Shown in pieces: positions 54,218 through 64,000 of a stretch of DNA of 64,000 bases. The DNA comes from Eledone cirrhosa (lineage: Eukaryota), in assembly GCA_964016885.1 (NCBI GenBank), contig OZ024754.1, forward strand, positions 38,502,001-38,566,000, given 5' to 3'. A model generated the notes under the pieces. That model did not search any database. It was not told the origin of the DNA and saw only the letters and a list, made by a program, of their open reading frames with translations. How positions within the stretch are numbered: position 1 is the first letter of the stretch; each line of letters opens with the position of its first letter. The position numbers were made by a program, and so were the translations under genes.

Positions 54218-55102
54218 AGAAAGACATGGGAATGGTGAGGTGGGAAGGCCAAGTAAGACATGGGAATGGTGAGGTGGGAAGGCCAAGAAAGACATGGGAA
54301 TGGTGAGGTGGGAAGGCCAAGTAAGACATGGGAATGGTGAGGTGGGAAGGCCAAGTAAGACATGGGAATGGTGAGGTGGGAAGGCCAAGAAAGACATGGG
54401 AATGGTGAGGTGGGAAGGCCAAGTAAGACATGGGAATGGTGAGGTGGGAAGGCCAAGTAAGACATGGGAATGGTGAGGTGGGAAGGCCAAGAAAGACATG
54501 GGAATGGTGAGGTGGGAAGGCCAAGTAAGACATGGGAATGGTGAGGTGGGAAGGCCAAGAAAGACATGGGAATGGTGAGGTGGGAAGGCCAAGAAAGACA
54601 TGGGAATGGTGAGGTGGGAAGGCCAAGTAAGACATGGGAATGGTGAGGTGGGAAGGCCAAGAAAGACATGGGAATGGTGAGGTGGGAAGGCCAAGTAAGA
54701 CATGGGAATGGTGAGGTGGGAAGGCCAAGTAAGACATGGGAATGGTGAGGTGGGAAGGCCAAGAAAGACATGGGAATGGTGAGGTGGGAAGGCCAAGTAA
54801 GACATGGGAATGGTGAGGTGGGAAGGCCAAGTAAGACATGGGAATGGTGAGGTGGGAAGGCCAAGAAAGACATGGGAATGGTGAGGTGGGAAGGCCAAGA
54901 AAGACATGGGAATGGTGAGGTGGGAAGGCCAAGTAAGACATGGGAATGGTGAGGTGGGAAGGCCAAGTAAGACATGGGAATGGTGAGGTGGGAAGGCCAA
55001 GTAAGACATGGGAATGGTGAGGTGGGAAGGCCAAGTAAGACATGGGAATGGTGAGGTGGGAAGGCCAAGAAAGACATGGGAATGGTGAGGTGGGAAGGCC
55101 AA
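54218..55102 (+). repeat. 34-bp minisatellite (about 26 copies) derived from an RTE fragment (about 53865-54220)
   Basis: Unit GGGAAGGCCAAG(T/A)AAGACATGGGAATGGTGAGGT reads GRPRKTWEW. Upstream reads MRWLGHVLRK. Confidence 0.9.
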
Positions 55103-56027
55103 AGCTAAACTCTGCATTAGCAAGGAAAATGACCTTAGAATGCTTGTTGGACCAGTGGTAGTGTTGTTGTGACCTGGTGGGTTGTTGTAGTAGATGACTT
55201 AATGATGAGACTACAGTTGTTACAAAAGTACATTAGTTGTTGTGTTGATGATGATGATGATGTCGATGATGTTGGTGTTTAGCTGTAGGTCAGTCAGGTT
55301 TGATTGAGCTGACCAAACCAAACCAGACCAGACCAGATCAGACCAGACCTGTGGTTAAAGACATTCCAGCCTTGGCCATCCTGTCTTTTTTTCACACCTG
55401 TTGGGAATCCAGGTCCACAATGTTGATATGTCCATTTGAAAGATGGTCCAATTTGAGGAATATCCAGCTGCTATTTCTAGCAGGTAGAGTGACCACAAAG
55501 AGGCATGGTGGTGGTGGTAGTGGTGGTAGTGGTAGTGGTAGTGGTGGTGGTGATGGTGGTGGTGGTAGTATGGATAAGTTATTTGCTAACCAGGAGTTTA
55601 ATATCTCTGTATTTCTGCTGGCATTCACAGTCTTCCTTCTGAAGTATTGTTCTTTGGTAGAATTCTTGCTGGCAGCACATCAAAAATAAATGTGTGTGTG
55701 TACGTGTGTGTGTATGTGATAGAGAGTGAGAGTTTGTGTGTGTGTAAGTGATAGATAGATAAAGAGAGAGAGAGAGAGTGATGTGTGTTTGTATGTTTTG
55801 TTTGCATCTGCTGATTATTTGTGCATTTAGCATGTGTGTATGTGTGTGTGTGTTTGCGTTGTGTGTGTGAATCTGATGTATGTTTGTGTGTGGATGGGTG
55901 AATGGGGGGTCAATATATGTGTGTGTGAGCTTCTGTGATTTGTATGTGTGCGAGTTTGTGTGCAAGTTTGTATGATGTATGTTTCTGAGTCTGTGTATGT
56001 GTTTGAGTCACTGATCTGAGCTTGTGA

Positions 56028-56068
<41 letters not shown>

Positions 56069-56401
56069 TGCCTGTGTGTGTGTGTGTGTGTAAGCCACTG
56101 TATGTGAGTGGGTCAGTGTGTGTATGTGTGAGAGTATGTGTGTTTAAAAAAGTATAATATGTTTGGACATATCCTCCCATAACACCATTTACATACTTAG
56201 GGAGGTGATAATGGAATGGATTGTTTTTCTTTTGACATGTTAAGGTTGGTGTGAAGTCTTTAAGAGTTTTAGCGGAAGCTGGAATTATATGTGAAGAGAG
56301 GGAATTGGAGAAGTTAAAGCTTTGTGTCTTTTTCTAACAAATTAATCTGATATACAGTTGCCGATAAATCTGCAAGTTAATTAGTGCATCTATTGTTATA
56401 T

Positions 56402-56750
56402 GAAGGTGCATGGCTTAGTGGTTAGAGCATTGGGCTTGCAATCGGAAGGTTGTGAGTTTGATTCTCAAACTGGGTGATGCGTTGTGTCCTTGAGCAAGAC
56501 ACTTTATTTCACGTTGCTCCAGTTTAAGTTTACTCAGCTGTAGAAATGAGTTGCGACATCACTGGTGTCAAGCTGTATCAGCCATTGCCTTTTCCTTGGA
56601 CATCTTTGGTAGCGTGGAGAAGTGAGGCTGGTATGCATGGGTGACGGCTGGTCTTCCACAGACAACCTTGCCCAGACTTGTGCCTCGCAGGGAAACTTTC
56701 TAGGTGCAGATCCTATGGTCATACGTGACCAAAGAGGGCCTTTACCCCGT
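56402..56750 (+). mobile_element. SINE with family-B head and CORE-like segment but a different body
   Basis: Same tRNA head and CCTTGAGCAAGACACTT segment. Diverges after GTAGAAATGAG. Confidence 0.75.
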
Positions 56751-56781
56751 TGTTATATATATGTGTGTGTTTGTGTGAGTG

Positions 56782-56966
56782 TGTATCCCGGGTTCAATTG
56801 GGGATAGCCACAATAAGTAAGGTACTCAATACAATAATAGAGAATATACAAAATTTAATATAGAAATGGCTTCTACAGGATTAGAACTGTTTCATTTGCC
56901 TTTCCTGATGATTTCCTTCAAATGAAACAGTTTTAGTCCTGTAGAAGCCATTTCTATATTAAATTT
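56782..56966 (-). mobile_element. Second copy of the palindrome-headed element
   Basis: Reverse complement of the 2060-2195 body. Palindrome 56851-56966 contains CTGATGA (56905-56911) and GAAA (56924-56927). Confidence 0.6.
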
Positions 56967-57144
56967 CTCTCTCTCTCTCTCGCTCGCTCTCTCTATATAT
57001 ATATATATTTATATATATAAGCCAGAATCAGTTCCCGTATGAGCAAGAAAAGGTCAGCCGACCGGACACTGCCCACAACAGGACGACCCATCTAACCCAT
57101 GCTAGCGTGGAGGAATGGACGTAAAACGGTGATGATGATGATGA

Positions 57145-57183
<39 letters not shown>

Positions 57184-57185
<2 letters not shown>

Positions 57186-57262
57186 GGGTGTCCCCCAAAA
57201 ATGTATACACACTTTTATAAGAATGCTGTTGAAGTGTGTAAACATTTTTTGGGAATACCCTG
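57184..57262. mobile_element. Short Tc1/mariner-type MITE
   Basis: CAGGGTGTCCCCCAAAAATGTATACACACTT ... AAGTGTGTAAACATTTTTTGGGAATACCCTG|TA. Confidence 0.75.
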
Positions 57263-57841
57263 TATATATGTATATGTATAATTATTAAGGCTAGTTATTA
57301 CAATAGCGCCATACCAGGTACATACGTTTCATTAGCTCTGAGGACCAACTTGTTAAACCTATGCCATTGAAAATGTATGTGTGTGTGTGTGTGTGAGAGA
57401 GAGGGGGGGGGACCATAATCTTTACAGCTACTTCTACCTTCCCAACAAGAGTTGAACTGATTGTTTAGAAACAATATTTTCCGACTGGATGCCCTTCCTA
57501 GTGTCAACACTTTTATTCACCTCTTATGACACATAAGGATACAGTGTATCTTTACTAAAAAAATGGGATACATATGACAGATAGAGAGAGAAATCTTTTA
57601 ATTCCATTTTATGAACAATGGCATTGTTGCTTATAGGTTTCCAGCAGGCCAATCTTGTACATGGCATTTTTTCATGGCAACAGTGCCAAAGAAGTGCCTA
57701 GGCAACTCAGATGGAATAAGTACCACAAATATATTTTTGTTTGTTGCGATGCACCAGTTTATTATTCACTTTTTTTTTTTTTTTTTTTTTTGCTAATGTG
57801 TATTTACGGTTGTAGGCAGAAAATCAAGATGGATTTGGCAT

Positions 57842-58270
57842 AACACATTTAGATGTGACTGTCTGATGTCACACTGTAAGTCGCATTTAGATGTGACTGT
57901 GTCTGATGTCACACTGTAAGTCACATTTAGATGTGACTGTGTCTGATGTCACACTGTAAGTCACATTTAGATGTCACTAGGTCTAATGTCACACTGTGTG
58001 TCACATTTAGATGTCACTAGGTCTAATGTGCCACTGTGGGTCACATTTAGATGTCACTGGGTCTAATGTCCCACTGTGGGTCACATTTAGATGCCACTAG
58101 GTCTAATATCTCATTTGGGGTGACATTTAGATGTCACTAGGTCTGATGTCCCACTGTGGGTCACATTTAGATGTCACTGGGTCTAATGTCCCACTGTGGG
58201 TCACATTTAGATGTCACTAGGTCTAATATCTCATTTTGGGTGACATTTAGATGTCACTAGGTCTGATGTC
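57842..58270. repeat. 40-bp minisatellite with an internal hairpin GTCACAT-TTAG-ATGT(G/C)AC
   Basis: About 10.5 units with a gradient of variants. Confidence 0.9.
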
Positions 58271-58573
58271 TCTTTGATGGAAAACTCTGGTCTTTAAAAG
58301 TCAAGTAATGGATAAATTGACTGAAGACGGGAGGAAATATTATGATATGTCAGTGGCAATTATTCTATTCTTTGTAAAGTACTATTCCAGCATGGCCTCA
58401 GTCTAATGACTGATACTACTAAAAAGAAAAAAAAAATTATCAGGTTCCTTCTAAGCTGTATCACTGAAGTAATATAATTTTAATGCCAATTGTTTGATTA
58501 AAATGGACCCCCTCCCCCTCAAAACTGATTTATTTATTTTTTATCTTTTTTTTTTTTTTTTTCTGGCATCTAG

Positions 58574-58749
58574 ATCGTTCTCCTGATATTGACAACGATT
58601 CTGATGATGATGAAGCCCAAGAATTCAACGACCAGGAGAGCTCTACTAATGATGAACTTAGCGACAGTGAAGGTATGATGCTGGTCGAAGAAGGTCGACC
58701 TCGACCTCGCAAGACTAGCCGAGGGCAGATACGTCCTGTCACCTCGAGA
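58574..58749 (+). CDS. PACS: PACS homologue exon E (acidic cluster and basic patch of the middle region)
   Basis: Long poly-T tract then ctag|, and AGA|gtaagt donor. (D)RSPDIDNDSDDDEAQEFNDQESSTNDELSDSEGMMLVEEGRPRPRKTSRGQIRPVTSR versus PACS1 DRSPDIDNYSEEEEE...TSAITR. Confidence 0.92.
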
Positions 58750-58783
58750 GTAAGTTGGTGCTTGCTTTCTTTTTCTTTTTCTC

Positions 58784-58814
<31 letters not shown>

Positions 58815-59036
58815 TTTGTAAATCTCTCTTCACAAATACAACCACCACCACCACCACCACAATCACCACTACAATCACCACCACCACCACAATCACACCA
58901 CCACAAGCATCGCTATCACCACTATCACCTTCATTATCACCTCCACACAATGTCATAATTACCTAATTGTCTATATTACCTTCAACCTTTCTGCTTGGTA
59001 ATCTAAGATTTCTATTTATCTTAAAAGCTATCGTCG

Positions 59037-59068
<32 letters not shown>

Positions 59069-59713
59069 GGGTTGTGGGGGTGGGGTGTGTATATTGCTGG
59101 ACTAAATGTTAAGTCCTACTTTATGTTCTCTAAGTTCAAACCCCTCAGGGGGGTAGGATTTATGTCTCACCCCATTCCTCCATGCCCAAGAAGATAAATA
59201 CCAAGGTGATTATTATTGTTATTATTGTGGATTGGCAGTATCGGTAGAGGGTTGGACACCGTGCTTTGCAGCAAAGAGTTACGGCCCTTTGCAGTCTGAG
59301 TTCAAATCCCGCCGAGGTTAACTTTGCCTTTCATCCTTACGGGGTCGATAAAATGAAGTACCAGTCATGCACTGGGGTAATTGCTGGCCTTGTGCCAAAA
59401 GTAGAAACAATTATTACAGGGTCGATAAAATAAAGTACCAGTAATGCACTAGGGTAATTGCTGGCCTTGTGCCAAAAGTAGAAACAATTATTACAGGGTT
59501 GATAAAATAAAGTACCAGTAATACACTGGGGTAATTGCTGGCCTTGTGCCAAAAGTAGAAACAATTATTACAGGGTTGATAAAATAAAGTACCAGTAATA
59601 CACTGGGGTAATTGCTGGCCTTGTGCCAAAAGTAGAAACAATTATTATTACTTTGATATCTCAGTCATTGTTGTTATCTAATCAGAAAATTTGCTCTAAT
59701 GAACATCAAGCTA

Positions 59714-60098
59714 CTACCTGCAGCCCCAGATATTGTAGACATATCGGAGGATCCTTGCTGTTCCCACTAGGAATGCCTTCTGGAGTGTTCCAAAAAATGG
59801 GGCTGGGCTACTGTTCTTTAACCATCCTTGGAAGTTCTTCAAGATAGTACCTAGTGCTCCTATGATGATGGGAAGGACCTTGATCTCATCACAGCTCCAA
59901 ATCCTTTTCAGTTCCCACTTTAAATCCTGGTACCAATTAATTTTCTCCTTCTCCTTTTCTTGCACTCTTGTGTCAAAGGGGCAAGTTACATCTATAATCA
60001 AGCAAGTTCTTTTTTTCCTTGTCAAAAACCATCAGGCCAGGCCTATTATGATCTCATTCTTTGTCTGTTAGTATCCTGAAATCCCACAGCACCTTCAC
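59714..60098 (-). mobile_element. R4/Dong-like non-LTR 3' end with restriction-like endonuclease
   Basis: VLWDFRI..HNRP..CLIIDVTCPFD..EKEKINWYQDL..IIIGALG..LQKAFLVGTARILR. Confidence 0.85.
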
Positions 60099-60189
60099 TC
60101 AGTTGTTTTCTATCATCGACATTATTATTATTATTATTATGGTTTTCACATAAAATATGATAATTACTGGGTCATCTACTGCCTGTCCA

Positions 60190-61250
60190 GTCTCAAAAAG
60201 GACCTTAGACTGACAGCACTTTCTGAGTATATGTGCAGTACCCAACAGGGCAGTCTTTTGGACAAGAGTAGTTTGTGATTTGATCTCTATTTGATTAAGA
60301 TTCCCTTTCAATTTTAGTGGGATCAAGCCCTAAGCTTCAATGATAATTGAAATTATCTTGATCTCGTTAGGTGGCATTGATCACATTTGTGTAATTTCGA
60401 TCTTCAAGTCAGTATATTTTGTTATTTTTTCAGTATCTTTCAAGGCTATGTTGTCGCTACCTGGATGGTAACATCAATCATCTGGTATTCACAGCTAATT
60501 TTGTGCATAACTACAATATCAGGTCTGTTGTGTTCAAACTTGCAGTTCGTTCTGATAGTGAAGTCCCACAGTATCTTGGTTTGTCTCTGTCATCAAGGAC
60601 ACTTACTGAGACACACTGGTATCACTTATTGGACACCTGATATCTATATTTTTGGCACATTGACCAGTGAAGGTACATACAGACCTTGTGATATATTTTT
60701 AAAACTCTTTTTTGAGCTAGCATTTTGCACACTCTCACTATGTGTGTGACACTTTCTGTATTAATTTCACACAGATAGTACTTCACTCTTACACCAAAAT
60801 GATATATCCCTTTAGTCATGGACTTAGTACTCAAAGCTTGATCTTGGACTAAGCTCAGCAGTGCTTCAGTTTCCCTTCTTAGATCACCATGGAAGAGCCC
60901 ATTCAAAGACCTTTCAGTTTTTAATTCAGGCATTTACCATTCAAATTGGTCATGCAATATTTTTCCAACTACTGCTTCTCTTTTCTTGGCAGAAACCCTT
61001 CTTTATTCTCCATCTTTTCTGTTTCTATACCCATTCCTGAGCCATAGAAGTGTTTTGTTACTATTTACCAAGTGATAATTAATGGCTCACCTTCCATTAT
61101 TTGATTCACTCTCTAACATTAATCAGACATCTTCCCTCAACTGTGTTTTATGTTCTTCTATATGCTAGATATTTCTATCATAGCATTTTCTAATTCAGTC
61201 TTCAGCAACAATAAGCTGAACCATTAGCAAACTATAGGCATAAAGAAACT
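60190..61250 (-). mobile_element. Second degenerate R4/Dong-like copy (zinc knuckle and RLE)
   Basis: ETEALLSLVQDQALST..CEINTESVTHIVRVCKMLA, then LWDFTI..HNRPDIVV, then VQKTALLGTAHILRK. Confidence 0.8.
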
Positions 61251-61313
61251 TTTGTTTTTTTTTGCTATTGATTGGAATCAAACCTGAGCTGTCTATTACT
61301 CACTTTACATTAA

Positions 61314-61538
61314 CCCTTTAGTTACCAACATGGCCGTAACCAGCTCTGGTTCTATGAAATAAAACCACACATTTGAAAAGTTTCCAATTTAAATTAAAAT
61401 CTTCCAGCATAATTTTATATAAGAACCTTAAGTTACTATCTTAGTAATGAAATAATTAATAATTTTAATAAAACCCTCAAAATTGTTCATTAATTAATTC
61501 AAATAGTGTATTTCATTAGAAATATGGTCATGAAAGGG
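61314..61538. mobile_element. Second piggyBac-type MITE family
   Basis: TTAA|CCCTTTAGTTACCA ... TGGTCATGAAAGGG|TTAA. A related degenerate end lies at about 43190-43341. Confidence 0.75.
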
Positions 61539-61749
61539 TTAAATTACAAATTAAAAAAGCACCCAATCCACCCTGGCTGTTGATCATTTTGTTGCTAAGA
61601 TAAAATGCACCCAGTCCATGCTGTAAATGTGGTTGGCATTAGGGTGGGCATCCAGCTGTAGAAACCAGGCCAGAAACTTGTGTCTTGGGACAGTCTTGAA
61701 ACTAGATATAATGGGCATCACTGCTTGTTTAGTCTATTTACTATCGTTA

Positions 61750-63325
61750 ACACTTATTTATATTCTTTAAACCTGGTTGACCACTCACTCCTCAATATCC
61801 TTTTCCTTTGCCAGTCTGAACTTTGTCTTTCTCAGATATGTCTCTACTTAGCTCTGCATTCCTTTCATGTTCCTGATTGTCTGGGTCATCTCCACTGTCA
61901 TAAACTCCTCCTTCAATTCTAAACACTTGTCTTTTGACCTCCTTGATTTCCACTTCTGACATCCACCCTTTCACTTTATCTGCCAAGCCTGGTCACTTAG
62001 TTTTTGTTTGCCTACATCAAAGTCTTGACATATTGCCCAGTGAATATAGCTGCCAACTCAATCATGTCTGTGTATATATTCAGACTTGGCAAGATGTGGG
62101 TAGCCAGAGATAATGTGGTCACCCATTTTATTGTGATGGTTGGATTTTCTGCATTAATCTGTTGTTATAGTTGTTTATGGCTAGACATTGGTGAGAATCA
62201 ATCCTTCTGTTTCTGATTTTAGTCCCAAGTTTTTGAACCAATGTTGACTTTCACTTTGGCTTACTTCCTTGTTGAACCTTGTGGGGTATTGGCTGTGGAG
62301 TGGGTTTTTTTCCTACTTCTCTCTATGTTTTGCAAATCTATTTTCATGTTGTTTTTTGTCTCTTAAACTATTTTAATAGTGTTATCTAAATTTATTCTTT
62401 CAGCATACTTTGTTTCCTTGTATATAGAGAGAGGTTTCTTTTTTACATTTATCAGTTTTCCTTCATTTGTTTCTAAAGGTTTTTCCAGTCTAACTGTTGA
62501 TATTTTGTTATTTTATAGTAGTCTTCATTTTGTATCAGACCATGTCCTCCTTGTGTGTGGGGTAGATATATTCTGTTTATATCTGCATTGGGCTGGTGTC
62601 TTCGGTATATTGACAGTAGGTTTCTGGGGGTTTTTTCTGTCTAAATCTTTCAACTCAGCTTCTAGTTTATTATATAGAAGCTATAATTTATAACTGGTAT
62701 AGTCAGCATATTTACATCTATTATATTGTGGCAGTATCGGTAGAGAGTCAGACACCATGCTTTGCAGCATATAGTTACGGCCCTTTACGGTCTGAGTTCA
62801 AATCCCGCCGAGGTTAACTTTGCCTTTCATCCTTACAGGGTCGATAAAATAAAGTACCAGTAACGTACTGGCATTGTGCCTAAAGTAGAAATCATTATAT
62901 CATGGCGGATTGGCAGTATCGGTAGAGAGTCGGACACCATGCTTTGAAGCATAGAGTTACGTCCCTTTATGATCTGAGTTCAAATCCCGCCAAGGTTAAC
63001 TTTGCCTTTCATCCTTACGGGGTCGATAAAATAAAGTACCAGTAATACACTGGGTAATTGCTGGCCTTGTGCCAAAAGTAGAAACAATTATATTATTTCT
63101 AGTATTGAGTTCAGCTTTTAATATAAGTCTAACGATTCTGTAGCATTCTTTTCTAATTTTCTCTTTCATTTCTTTGTATTTTAGCAGTTTCATTTATTCC
63201 TAAGTATTTGTATGGCTGATTGCATCTAATTCTCTAATTTCAGCATCTATGTCTAGTGTAACAGTCTTGTTGCTAGTTAATTTGCCTTTTCTTAAAGTGG
63301 TTTTGGCACATTTGTCTAACTTAAT
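61750..63325 (-). mobile_element. Further fragmented R4/Dong-like pieces interrupted by SINEs
   Basis: MKEKIRKECYRIVRLILKAELN (63090-63190), IYLPHTQGGHGLI-like (about 62530-62580), and KGWMSEVEIKEVKRQV (about 61920-61980). Confidence 0.6.
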
Positions 63326-63602
63326 GGTTTCTCAAAAAATAATCAATAAAATAATTGCCAGACTTGAAAAAATAAGTACTGGGTTTGATATGATTGACTA
63401 AATCTCTATAAAATTGTACCCCCAGTATGGCTGAAGTCCTATGACTGAAACCAGTAAAAGAATAAAAGAATTGTATAGTCCCCGGTCTGTTATAGTACTA
63501 TTGTTGTTGTTATTGAGCACCAAGTCGGCTTTGATTTAGCAAACCCATGATCAAAGACATTCCAGTTATGACTATCTTATTGAGAAATATATTATACAAT
63601 GT

Positions 63603-63944
63603 GGAGGCACATGGCTTAGTGGTTAGAGCATTGGCCTTGCAATCGAAAGGTTGTGAGTTCAATTCTCAGACCGGGTGATGTGTTGTTTCCTTGAGCAAGA
63701 CACTTTATTTCACATTGCTCCAGTTTACTCAGCTGTAGAAATGAGATGATAAGGACTGGGGTCCCTATCATTCCACTGCAAAGTGGTCGTGGAGGTGCCA
63801 CGGCAAAAAAGCACCCAGCACTCACTGTAAATGAGGTTGGTGTTAGGAAGGGCATCCAGCTGTAGAAATCAAACCAGAATCAGTTCCCATCCCACCCTTG
63901 CAAGCAGGGAAAAGCGGACGTAAAATGAAATGATGATGATGATG
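63603..63944 (+). mobile_element. tRNA-derived SINE family B with CORE-like segment and RTE-derived tail
   Basis: A-box TGGCTTAGTGG, B-box GAGTTCAATTC, CORE-like CCTTGAGCAAGACACTT..CTGTAGAAATG, a GGAAGGGCATCCAG block, and a tail identical to the RTE end at about 8827-8875. Copies at 35835-36168(-), 36550-36903 and 28385-28600(-). Confidence 0.85.
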
Positions 63945-64000
63945 AATGTGTCTTTCCATTTTTAAAGATTGTAAGGTATCATTTCAGTGAAATATAACTG

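Noticed and set aside
58321-58345. CTGAAGA..GAAA hammerhead-like words (also about 46999 and 5605)
   Set aside because: Stems I and II cannot form, and such words are expected by chance.
63603-63675. tRNA gene candidates at SINE heads
   Set aside because: A and B boxes are present but there is no convincing cloverleaf, and the heads are always attached to SINE bodies.

Overview
AT-rich, repeat-dense animal genomic DNA. The SINE families and microsatellite load point to a coleoid cephalopod, probably Octopus-like (inference). The window lies inside one + strand gene, a PACS (phosphofurin acidic cluster sorting protein, PACS1/PACS2 family) homologue. Five internal coding exons splice in frame: 6177-6264, 19907-19996, 43365-43490, 44759-44915 and 58574-58749 (637 bp, about 1% of the window). 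The first and later exons lie outside the window. The fourth exon appears to use a GC 5' splice site, with an in-phase GT alternative 33 nt upstream. The introns hold tRNA-derived SINEs, RTE-clade and R4-like LINE fragments, piggyBac-, Tc1/mariner- and hAT-type MITEs, a mariner fossil, many mini- and microsatellites, and a 200-N gap. Almost all long ORFs in the track are translations of tandem repeats. The most notable unexplained signal is a set of small, mutually dissimilar elements beside (TA)n or other microsatellites that carry minimal type I hammerhead-ribozyme motifs. The best is at 47887-47968 on the minus strand, and several sit at the centre of long palindromes, as expected for non-autonomous Penelope-like or retrozyme-type elements. 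Other points of interest are minisatellites derived from transposon termini and from the same RTE motif twice, and a visible SINE-LINE shared 3' tail with a covarying hairpin.
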